A stretch of DNA of 64,000 nucleotides from an uncultured Planctomycetales bacterium (GTDB lineage Bacteria; Omnitrophota; Gorgyraeia; Zapsychrales; JANLHA01), in NCBI GenBank assembly GCA_964595465.1, contig CAZQQI010000011.1:8301-72300 (forward strand). Direction: 5' to 3'. The translations under genes were made by a program, and so were the position numbers. The notes under the pieces are model-generated. The model saw nothing but the letters and a program-made list of their open reading frames with translations. It searched no databases and had not been told where the DNA came from. This document shows positions 39,028-47,711 of this stretch, piece after piece; within the stretch, counting starts at the first letter, position 1, and each line of letters starts with the position of its first letter.

Positions 39028-39047
39028 ATCATCATTCCCGTCACAGG

Positions 39048-41378
39048 TTATTGTATAGACCAAAAATAAGAATATCTCAAACTGTTCTCCTGATGCCTGC
39101 GTTTTCCCGTCAGCCAAAGAATATGGCTGAAAGCGTTCAGCCCCGGCTTCATCAGCTCCTCGACAATAACCTCGCGCTGGTCATCGGGAATAAAACGTTT
39201 CTGCTGAAGCTCTTCGCTAACCTGAACAAGCTCCTGCCGCTTTTCGCGCGCCGCAGCGATCTTATCCCGGACATCGCCGACAGCGGAGCGTCTTTTAGAC
39301 AAGACATTTTTTAGATCATTAAGCGTTTCCCTCTCTCGGACAAGATCAGCCCTCCGATCCTCAAGAACTTCAAGCTCATTGCGCATATCTTCCAAACGCG
39401 CTGACTTGGTTTCAATATCCCGTTCCAAAAAAGCCAGCTGACGCTGACCGGCCGCACTCAAACGCTGTTCTTCAGACGCCTCAACCGCCTTCAGTTCAGC
39501 CAGCTCCGCACGCGCCTCAGCCAAACGTTCTTCCGCCGCCTTGATGATCTGCTGTTTCTTTTCATATTCTGCGGACAAACGATCCCAGGCCCCTTCATCA
39601 AATGCCTCTTCAGCCGAAACCACGTTTTCTTTTAATTTGCTCAATTCTTCTTCAAGCTGTTTTTGCTGCTCCTGATACCCGGCAATGTTTTCTTCCACAT
39701 CAGCCAGGCGCTTGCGGCTTCCTTCTTTCATAGCCCGGACCTTGGCCGCCTCCTGTGCGGTCCAGGCGTCCCACCATTCAGCAACACCGATCATCTCTTT
39801 CATCATGGCGCGCACATCAAGATAAACAATGCCGTTAGACGGTTTATCGGCCCCGACAGCAGGATTCTGAAAAACATCATTTCTCTGTATCCCGGCCTGC
39901 TCTCCCTTCAGAACATCAATGCTTAACTTCAAGTCTTCCCGGCGCACACTTAACAGAAAATAATCATTCAAAAAAGCATAAGCCGGAGCCACATCCGTCA
40001 GCAAAGGAACTCTGGTATGACGAAGAGTGATCCCCCGATAATGTTCCTGTTCAAAACGCAGGAAGGGAATGTTATCCATACGCTGATTTAAAAACGCAGA
40101 GGCTTTTTCTACATCGTTCACTTTAATAAAAAAACTCAAATAAGGAAACGGATACACATTTTCTGTCTCGAGTCCTGTAATAAATCCCCCCACCTCTGTC
40201 CCCAGCAACGGCAGGACATCGCGCGTCATACTGAAACCCATTTGCTGTTCCAAACCGGCCATGACCTGATCGGCAGAAAGATTCAGACCCGCCTGCTCTC
40301 CCGCGGCCTGCGCCTGCTGTCTGGCCTTTTCCCAATAAAGCTGAGCATTAAAGGTGTTCTCCCAGCGGTATGCCAGAACACCCTCAGGAACAAAAGCATT
40401 CGCGCCGCTTTTTTCCGGCTCCATCGCCAAAATCCGCCTCGCGACTGCCGGCATCTTCTGCCGATCATAGATCAGGACCGCGTCAGCGCGAGACTGGTCC
40501 TGACCCCATTGCCCGGAAAAAGCCAGCATACGAAAAGGCTGTTTTTTGTCAAATGTCTTCGCTGCCTGCTGGATCGCCGCCGGCGAAGCCTTTTGGGCTG
40601 CCATCGTCCGCAGAATGAAATTGCGCCACGCCTGCGAACTCCTGGCAAGATCCACAAACCCCCGCGCATCAGAGCCGGAAATAAAATACCCTTGAGCATC
40701 GGTAAAATTTTTTCCCTGCGATACAGCCGATTGCCCCGTCTCTGCCAGGACATCGATCGCGCGGCGCGCGGCCTGGTCACCATATCCAAACACAACATAC
40801 TGACCGATCCGCACATATCCTAATTTAAATGTCTTCCCGGCATCGGACAATAGATGGATCGTGTACTGTCGATACCGGAACGTCTCTTCATTGATATCCT
40901 GAGACATCTTGGCAAAAGCGCTGACCGCCAGATCCATAAAAGGCATATCAGAACTCAGCTTGGTCACGCCGACTACATTATTCAGGATTTCATCCACCGG
41001 CTGGGTCTGCATGCGCTGAAGATCGACGTCATAAACCGCAAGAGCGGCGCGATCGCGGAACAGCTGTTTGAGGACCATAATGATCTGCTGCGGATCGATA
41101 CCGGATAAACGCTCCTTGATCATAAGGATCGTGGCCTGTGAAATGTCCATCTTATTCAGAGCCTGCCAGAGATCAATACCGCCCAGGGCCTGAGCAAACT
41201 GTGTCTCCTGCAAATTCCCGAGATGTTCCGCCAGATGATCGAATTCCGCGTACACCAAAGGTTCAGCCGGAAGAAGATCCCGCAATTCCACATCCTGACC
41301 ACCGCGGGGCCAGAATACTGTTACCCCGATCATTACCAATACTAAAAAAATAATAACGGCCGCGATGATCTTCTTCAT
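39048..41378 (-). CDS. Membrane-anchored DUF3352-like protein with long coiled-coil insertion
   Basis: N-terminal TM, LLPAEPLVY and FVPEGVLAY repeated domain starts, ~200 aa heptad-rich region. Confidence 0.65.
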   Translation of the reverse strand: MKKIIAAVIIFLVLVMIGVTVFWPRGGQDVELRDLLPAEPLVYAEFDHLAEHLGNLQETQFAQALGGIDLWQALNKMDISQATILMIKERLSGIDPQQIIMVLKQLFRDRAALAVYDVDLQRMQTQPVDEILNNVVGVTKLSSDMPFMDLAVSAFAKMSQDINEETFRYRQYTIHLLSDAGKTFKLGYVRIGQYVVFGYGDQAARRAIDVLAETGQSAVSQGKNFTDAQGYFISGSDARGFVDLARSSQAWRNFILRTMAAQKASPAAIQQAAKTFDKKQPFRMLAFSGQWGQDQSRADAVLIYDRQKMPAVARRILAMEPEKSGANAFVPEGVLAYRWENTFNAQLYWEKARQQAQAAGEQAGLNLSADQVMAGLEQQMGFSMTRDVLPLLGTEVGGFITGLETENVYPFPYLSFFIKVNDVEKASAFLNQRMDNIPFLRFEQEHYRGITLRHTRVPLLTDVAPAYAFLNDYFLLSVRREDLKLSIDVLKGEQAGIQRNDVFQNPAVGADKPSNGIVYLDVRAMMKEMIGVAEWWDAWTAQEAAKVRAMKEGSRKRLADVEENIAGYQEQQKQLEEELSKLKENVVSAEEAFDEGAWDRLSAEYEKKQQIIKAAEERLAEARAELAELKAVEASEEQRLSAAGQRQLAFLERDIETKSARLEDMRNELEVLEDRRADLVRERETLNDLKNVLSKRRSAVGDVRDKIAAAREKRQELVQVSEELQQKRFIPDDQREVIVEELMKPGLNAFSHILWLTGKRRHQENSLRYSYFWSIQ

Positions 41379-41400
41379 AGTCGGGTCCTTTTTTATCGTA

Positions 41401-42189
41401 TTATGAAAACATATTCATGCCGGCCAATCCCGGAAAAAGCCGGAGCAAATTCGTGTTAACCGCCCTGACAACATCTTCTTCCGGCAGCCCTTTTAAACAA
41501 GAAAGATGACGCAGAGTCTTGGCAACATCCCGGGGCTCGGCCTTTAACCCTCCGTCATACTGACGGTAAAAAACCGGGGTGTCGGTCTCCAGCAGAATGC
41601 GCTCCAGCGGCGCCGCCTGTAAAGCCCGGCGGACTTCTTCACTGTAAGCTACGCTCAGTGAAGCAGAAATATAATATCCTGCCTCCAATATCTCTTCCAG
41701 CACCTTGAGCGGCCCGGAGTACCAATGAAAGACGGCCTTTTGAACGCCGACCTCCCGCGCTGTTTCCACGGCTTCCTGCCATGTTCCGCGGGTATGGATC
41801 AACGCCGGAAGATCATGTTCCCGAGCCAGAACGAGCAGTTCACGGTAAACCCGGCGCTGCTCTGCTTTTTTTTCGGCATCTTTCCGTACCCATTTATACC
41901 AGAAATCGAGACCGATCTCACCGACCGCGTCAGCCTCATGAATATGGGAACAGATATACTGCAGCTCTTGATCGACCGAAAGATCACCCAATTGGCCCGG
42001 ATGAAGCCCCAGACCCAATAGTATCCTGGGATCAGCGCACTGCTCTTTCAGCGTCAGATTTTTCCGGTTGGATTCCTTGTCTTCCCCGACGGCAACGATC
42101 GCGCGCACGCCCGCCTCCCGCGCGCGCCGCAGAGCGCCCTCAATATCACCAACACTGTCTAAATGGGCATGGCTGTCTATAAGGTCCAT
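41401..42189 (-). CDS. tatD: TatD family hydrolase
   Basis: DSHAHL, GEIGLD, HTR, FHWYSG, LETDTP. Confidence 0.9.
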   Translation of the reverse strand: MDLIDSHAHLDSVGDIEGALRRAREAGVRAIVAVGEDKESNRKNLTLKEQCADPRILLGLGLHPGQLGDLSVDQELQYICSHIHEADAVGEIGLDFWYKWVRKDAEKKAEQRRVYRELLVLAREHDLPALIHTRGTWQEAVETAREVGVQKAVFHWYSGPLKVLEEILEAGYYISASLSVAYSEEVRRALQAAPLERILLETDTPVFYRQYDGGLKAEPRDVAKTLRHLSCLKGLPEEDVVRAVNTNLLRLFPGLAGMNMFS

Positions 42190-42245
42190 AATCTCGATCC
42201 TGCGGACAGGGGTGCACGCCGTTTGTCCGGGCTGCCCTTCACGTT

Positions 42246-42689
42246 TCAGCGTTCGCTCTCTAAAATAAATGTCACCGGGCCGTTGTTGACAAGATCGACA
42301 TCCATCATGGCGCCGAACTCACCGGTCTCGACCTGAAACCCTTCCTGCCGGAGCTGTTCGGCAAATAGGGCATATAACCGTTCTCCTTCCTCGGGAGGCG
42401 CGGCCTGATCAAATGACGGCCGCCGGCCTTTACGGCAATTTCCGTAAAGCGTGAATTGTGAGATCACCAGAAATCCGGCACCGACGTCTTTCGCCGCGAC
42501 ATTCATTTTGCCGTTTTCATCGGCAAACATCCTCAACTGAGAGATCTTACGCACTAAATAAACCGCGTCGTCCGGGCTGTCATCCCGCGCGACGCCCAGA
42601 AGAATCACCGCCCCTCTGCCGATCTTTCCGGAGACACGCTTTCCAACGGTGACCTGCGCCTCAGTTACCCTTTGAACGACCGCCCGCAT
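42246..42689 (-). CDS. dtd: D-aminoacyl-tRNA deacylase
   Basis: MRAVVQRV, SQFTL, GEFGAMM, NNGPVT. Confidence 0.97.
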   Translation of the reverse strand: MRAVVQRVTEAQVTVGKRVSGKIGRGAVILLGVARDDSPDDAVYLVRKISQLRMFADENGKMNVAAKDVGAGFLVISQFTLYGNCRKGRRPSFDQAAPPEEGERLYALFAEQLRQEGFQVETGEFGAMMDVDLVNNGPVTFILESER

Positions 42690-42695
42690 AACCTG

Positions 42696-43649
42696 CTAGT
42701 CCTTTTCCTGGATTTTTCCCGGCTTCTCCCGCAGACCATAGGACTGCTCCATGGTCTTGATCAAACCGTATAAGGCCGCGTTTACCGGAACGTCGATCTT
42801 CAGCTGACGGGCTTCATGCACCACAGCACCGTTAATGTCGTCGATCTCCGTGCGTTGCTGGTCCAAAACATCCTGCAGCATGGATGAACGGTTGTGAAAA
42901 CTCTCCCGGCACACATCCTGAGTCAGACGGACCATATCTTTTTCAGGAAGGGCGATCCGTTTCTTCCGCGCCACAGCGGCCGCTTCTTCGACAGCAGAAC
43001 GCATAAGATCAGCCGTGCCGTCAAACTCAAGCAGACGGCCGTTAGTCAAACGGGTCACCGCTGAAAGGGCATTGATCCCGGCGTTCACGACCAATTTTCC
43101 CCATAAAAGGCCCACAATGTCACGGGAAAAACGGGTCTCTATTCCCGCGGCTTCAAACACATCACAAATATCCTGATGCGCGCTGATATCCCGCGCGTCG
43201 AACATGCCGATCACCGTTTCCCCCTGACCATTATGAACGATCCGCCCGTCATCACGCAAGGTAACCGCGTGATGAGTGATCCCGGCCAGGGTTCTCTCCT
43301 TACCCACGACATTGGCGATCATTTCATAATTCCGTATCCCGTTCTGCAGACTCAAAACACGCGTATGATCCGATATTGCGGACTGAACGTGGCCCAGCGC
43401 CTCCAGGGTATGATAAGACTTGGTGCAGATAATAACCAGATCAGCCGTGCCGACATCTTCAGTATTGGCCGTGACAGGGAGTTCGGCCTGCCACTGTTCA
43501 TCCCCGTCCCGGCAATGAATTCCCTTTTGCGAGAGGATCCGTTCAACACGCTCCGGACGGTAATCCAGCAGCCAGACTTCCGTATGCTTTGACAGGCGTC
43601 CTGCAAAAAAACACCCCAGTGCGCCGGGGCCGATCACGACAACACGCAT
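42696..43649 (-). CDS. panE: 2-dehydropantoate 2-reductase
   Basis: GPGALG, TKSY, LQNG, WGKLVVN..IN, SSMLQD, TEID.ING; start ATG 43649 with AGGAG SD. Confidence 0.93.
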   Translation of the reverse strand: MRVVVIGPGALGCFFAGRLSKHTEVWLLDYRPERVERILSQKGIHCRDGDEQWQAELPVTANTEDVGTADLVIICTKSYHTLEALGHVQSAISDHTRVLSLQNGIRNYEMIANVVGKERTLAGITHHAVTLRDDGRIVHNGQGETVIGMFDARDISAHQDICDVFEAAGIETRFSRDIVGLLWGKLVVNAGINALSAVTRLTNGRLLEFDGTADLMRSAVEEAAAVARKKRIALPEKDMVRLTQDVCRESFHNRSSMLQDVLDQQRTEIDDINGAVVHEARQLKIDVPVNAALYGLIKTMEQSYGLREKPGKIQEKD

Positions 43650-43683
43650 AAACCGCTCCTTTTTCCTATTAATAAGTCTATTG

Positions 43684-43712
43684 ATTATATAGAGCACCCG
43701 CTCTCAGGTCAA
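43684..43712 (-). promoter_or_regulatory. sigma70 promoter of panE-dtd-tatD
   Basis: TTGACC-17 nt-TATAAT. Confidence 0.75.
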
Positions 43713-43833
43713 CAGGACAGGTGAAGATATCGTGACGTGTAGAAAAATAAGACATATTGCTATTTCTGAACTTGGCAAAGCACAAGTGAGCAGTCCTGTT
43801 CTCCTCTTTACGTTTTATGTTATAATCCCTCCC

Positions 43834-46056
43834 ATGTTATTATCCGATGTCCTCAAAACCTATTCTTTTCCGAAGGCGATCAGGGACGCAGTTTTAAAAA
43901 GCGGGATACGGGATCTCTTCCCTCCGCAGGCCGAAGCTGTCCGGCGGGGCGTGCTGGACCGCAAAAACATGCTGATCTCTGTCCCGACGGCGTCCGGAAA
44001 AACCCTGATCGCTGAACTCTGCTTTTTATCCTCACTTCAACGAACCAATAAACAATGCCTCTACCTGGTTCCGTTAAAGGCGCTGGCGGCGGAAAAAGAC
44101 CAGGATTTCCGCACGAAATACGGACCGCACGGAGTCCGCGTCTCACGGATCACCGGCGATGAATCCCGCCCGCGTCATCCTCTCAACTCCACCGATATCC
44201 TCATCTCTACAGCTGAAAAGATCGATGCACTGCTGCGTTCCGGCTCCCATTGGTCCGCCGGCCGTCTGGATCTGCTGATCGTTGACGAGATCCATTTCCT
44301 TAATGACGGCAGCCGCGGTCCGACCCTGGAGGTGCTCATCGCCCGTCTGAGAGCCCTCAATCCGGACATGCAGGTGGTGGCCCTGAGCGCCACGGTCCAT
44401 AACGCCGCTGAAATGGCTCAGTGGCTTGACGCAGAACTGCTGGCCAGTACCTGGCGGCCGATCCCGCTGAAGGAGGGCGTCTCCTGGCAGGACCAGATCC
44501 GTTTCGCGGGTCACGGCACACGCGTGATCACCGAAACAGCGTCAGAGGACCTCAACCGCCTGGTCCTGGACACCCTGCGCGGCAAAGGACAGGTCCTCAC
44601 CTTTGTCAATTCCCGGCGCTCCACACAGGCGGCAGCCAGGAAGATGGTCCGGGACGTTGCTGACGTTTTGACCTTTGCAGAACGCGAAACTCTCAGAACA
44701 CTGGCGCAGAAAGCCCATGGACCGGAATCATCGGCAACCCGGATCTGCCGGGCACTCAGTGATTGTCTGCGGGCAGGCGTCGCGTTCCACCATGCCGGCC
44801 TAAAGCCGGTTCAGCGCGACCTGATTGAAGACGCGTTTAAAAAAAACCTGATCAAAGTGATCTGCGCGACCCCCACGCTGGCCGCCGGAGTCAACCTCCC
44901 GGCCCGCCGTGTGATCATGCGTGACATCAAACGATTCGAATCCGGGCTGGGATCCGCCTACATCCCGGTTTCAGAATATAAACAATGCGCCGGACGTGCC
45001 GGACGCCCGCAATATGACACCTACGGAGAAGCCCTGATCCTGGCTAAATCTTCCGCGGACCGTAACCGCTTATTCCGACGCTACATTGAAGGGGATCCCG
45101 AACCGATCATCTCCAAACTCGGCACAGAATCGGCCCTGCGCATCCACCTTCTGGCAGCGCTTTCGTCCGGATTTATCCATGATGTCGACTCAGCGATCCA
45201 TTTTCTGCGAGGAACCTTCTTTGCTTTTCAAAACCCTCAGCTCAATATTTTAGAGCTGATCAGCGGCATATTTGACTTTCTGCGCGCGGAAGGATTTGTA
45301 GAGAAATCCGGATTCAGGTTCGAGGCAACGCACTTCGGACAGCTCACCAGCCGGCTTTATCTGGATCCGCTTTCGGCCATGATCCTGCGCGACGGACTGA
45401 ATGAAACCCGAAAAAAAAGGAAACAGTCTGCCGCCGGCATCTTTCAGCTGATTTGCTGTTGCCCGGACAGCGTGCGGCTGCATTCTTCCCAAAAACAGAT
45501 CGAACGCATTGATGATTACGCCGCCCGCCACGCTGACGATTTCTTTCTGGATCAAAATGAACATCCCATTCTACAGGATTATTTTGCCTATTTAAGCATT
45601 ATGAAAACCGTTCTGGTCCTGAACAGCTGGGCTGAGGAACAGCGTGAAGAATCCATCTGCGACCGTTTCGGCATCGGACCGGGTGATATTTACCGGGTCA
45701 CGGACACGGCCCGCTGGCTGCTGCACGCGGCCATTGTCTTCGCCGATCTTTTTAATTGGAAAGACCTTACCCTGCCCCTGGCCCACCTGCAGTCACGGGT
45801 CCATTACGGGATCCGGGCCGAACTTATTTCCCTTGCTCAACTCAAGCATGTCGGACGGGTCCGCGCCCGGGCCTTATTCGACGCGGGATATTCTTCCCCA
45901 TCCTCTCTGAAAGACCTTTCCGTGGAAACCCTTGCCGACCTGCCCGGTTTCGGCAAGAACATTGCCGCTGCCATCCTCAAAGAGATCAGCAAACCTGCCG
46001 CGGACCTGGACGCGGTCAAACGCCTGAGAGACCAGTGGGATAAGAAAAAAAGATGA
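43834..46056 (+). CDS. Ski2-like SF2 helicase of Hel308/Hjm type
   Basis: LFPPQ, PTASGKT, DEIH, RGPTLE, LSAT, WRPIPL, FHHAGL, TLAAGVNLPA, GRAGRP, RVRARAL, C-terminal HhH. Confidence 0.9.
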   Translation: MLLSDVLKTYSFPKAIRDAVLKSGIRDLFPPQAEAVRRGVLDRKNMLISVPTASGKTLIAELCFLSSLQRTNKQCLYLVPLKALAAEKDQDFRTKYGPHGVRVSRITGDESRPRHPLNSTDILISTAEKIDALLRSGSHWSAGRLDLLIVDEIHFLNDGSRGPTLEVLIARLRALNPDMQVVALSATVHNAAEMAQWLDAELLASTWRPIPLKEGVSWQDQIRFAGHGTRVITETASEDLNRLVLDTLRGKGQVLTFVNSRRSTQAAARKMVRDVADVLTFAERETLRTLAQKAHGPESSATRICRALSDCLRAGVAFHHAGLKPVQRDLIEDAFKKNLIKVICATPTLAAGVNLPARRVIMRDIKRFESGLGSAYIPVSEYKQCAGRAGRPQYDTYGEALILAKSSADRNRLFRRYIEGDPEPIISKLGTESALRIHLLAALSSGFIHDVDSAIHFLRGTFFAFQNPQLNILELISGIFDFLRAEGFVEKSGFRFEATHFGQLTSRLYLDPLSAMILRDGLNETRKKRKQSAAGIFQLICCCPDSVRLHSSQKQIERIDDYAARHADDFFLDQNEHPILQDYFAYLSIMKTVLVLNSWAEEQREESICDRFGIGPGDIYRVTDTARWLLHAAIVFADLFNWKDLTLPLAHLQSRVHYGIRAELISLAQLKHVGRVRARALFDAGYSSPSSLKDLSVETLADLPGFGKNIAAAILKEISKPAADLDAVKRLRDQWDKKKR

Positions 46057-46060
46057 TACA

Positions 46061-46173
46061 GGTTTGTTGGGTTTATTGGGTTGAGAGTTTGTTGGGTTTT
46101 ACATTTCACTTTTCCCGTTTTACGTTTTCCTTGTGACAGGTGACTTTGTGACGTGTAACCTGGTGACCTTGTC
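46061..46173 (+). repeat. Modular 9-mer/7-mer repeat family, compact copy 2
   Basis: GGGTTTRTT units, then CGTTT heptamers, then GTGAC heptamers; matches 14711-14802 inverted. Confidence 0.85.
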
Positions 46174-46175
46174 TC

Positions 46176-46910
46176 TCACACATACTTCGCCGAGCGGATC
46201 CTTCTCCCCAGATGAAAGACCAGGAAATTATTCAGAATATACTTCAGTTCCCGCCGGGTGATGCGGGTCAGTTTCAATTTCTGGCAGACCTGCCAGCCGG
46301 CCCGCTCCACATGCAGAATCGTCGCCACAGTTCCCGGGGAAATGGCATGGGTCTCGCCACGTCCCGGCCCGCAATGCCCGCAGATCAGACCTCCATCCGC
46401 ATGACTGAACACCGCCCGGTTGTGAACCTTTTTGTGACAAAGCACGCAGGCATCCAAATGCGGCTGAAAACCGGAGTACAGCAGGGCCTTGATCTGAAAC
46501 AGGTGGACCAGCCGGGTGATCTCTTCAGTCTGTTCCAGACTTCTCAGAAAATCCTCCATCAGACGATAAATTTTAGAATTAGGCATCTCGCTGGGAGTCA
46601 TGAGATAAACCAATTCCAGCATATAACTGGCGGCCAGGGAACGTTTGAGATCCTGACGGACCGGAAGAAAAAATTCCCTCATATCACACTGGCTGATCAG
46701 ATGCAGATCAGAGTTGCGGTATTGATAATAGACAATATCATTAACCGAAAAACGCTCGAGGCTGGAGCCGAATTTGCGCGGATCTTTACGTATCCCTTTA
46801 AGCACCCCGCTGACCCGGCCCTGGTCGGAAGTGAAAAAAGTCGCGATCCTACTGGTCTCGCGGTAATCAAAAGATTTGAGGACAATGCCCCGGGTCTGAA
46901 TAATAGCCAT
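46176..46910 (-). CDS. recO: DNA repair protein RecO
   Basis: GIVLKSFDYRETSRI OB fold, CVLC..CGHC zinc finger. Confidence 0.92.
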   Translation of the reverse strand: MAIIQTRGIVLKSFDYRETSRIATFFTSDQGRVSGVLKGIRKDPRKFGSSLERFSVNDIVYYQYRNSDLHLISQCDMREFFLPVRQDLKRSLAASYMLELVYLMTPSEMPNSKIYRLMEDFLRSLEQTEEITRLVHLFQIKALLYSGFQPHLDACVLCHKKVHNRAVFSHADGGLICGHCGPGRGETHAISPGTVATILHVERAGWQVCQKLKLTRITRRELKYILNNFLVFHLGRRIRSAKYV

Positions 46911-47016
46911 AATATAATGTACAGCGAAAGGTAAATAAGAAATAGGAAATAATACGACAACCAGTAATCTTTTTCGGCTCTATGAAGTTTTGATTAAACA
47001 AATCAAAGGATACCAT

Positions 47017-47200
47017 AATTCTTCCATACATAAACAATTCTCGCCTGAATGGCGATAAAAAAGATCGGGATGTGGTCGCAGAGCGAGTTCCGAACCGAAC
47101 AATTCATTATAAAAACGTTCGGGAGGTTGTTTGAGCGAACGATCACATCCCGATCTTCATGAGCCATTCAGCTGTGGAACTGCACGCAAAAACATCACAT
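47017..47200 (+). repeat. ~180-bp nested-hairpin intergenic element, copy C
   Basis: Core 47046-47170; outer ends approximate. Confidence 0.9.
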
Positions 47201-47245
47201 CATCTTCCTCGCCCCTTACCTTTCCAAAGAACCGCTTTTTATCCA

Positions 47246-47689
47246 TTATTTTCCTTGCCCCGGCATTCCCAAATATTCCATAACCTCACTCTCTTTGGCT
47301 CGCATGGTCTTAATATCCGCCGGGGCATGATCATCATATCCCAGCAGATGCAATATACCGTGAACCATATACAGGGTCAGTTCATACTCCGCTGAGGTGC
47401 GGTATTCTCGGGCATTACGCCGGGCTGTAACCGCTGAAACATAGATCTCCCCTTCGATCCCATCCTTTGAGTACGGATCGCCCAGATCAAAACTGATCAC
47501 ATCAGTAGGATGATCATGACCCAGAAAACGGCGGTTGATCGCCTGGATCTTGCGGTCCGTCACAATAACAACCGACAAGTCCGCCTGCCGGACATCAAAA
47601 AACGTCAGGGTTTTAACCACGCATCTGCGGTATTGCTCCGTAGAAAGCGCCAATCCTGTCTGTTGGTTATAAATATGAACGGACGTCAT
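47246..47689 (-). CDS. ybeY: Endoribonuclease YbeY
   Basis: PTDVISF, HGILHLLGYDD. Confidence 0.93.
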   Translation of the reverse strand: MTSVHIYNQQTGLALSTEQYRRCVVKTLTFFDVRQADLSVVIVTDRKIQAINRRFLGHDHPTDVISFDLGDPYSKDGIEGEIYVSAVTARRNAREYRTSAEYELTLYMVHGILHLLGYDDHAPADIKTMRAKESEVMEYLGMPGQGK

Positions 47690-47711
47690 GGAAGCTCAAT
47701 ACGATCGCGCG

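Noticed and set aside
23546-47046. Copies B and C are exactly 23,500 bp apart
   Set aside because: Other spacings are irregular; considered coincidence.
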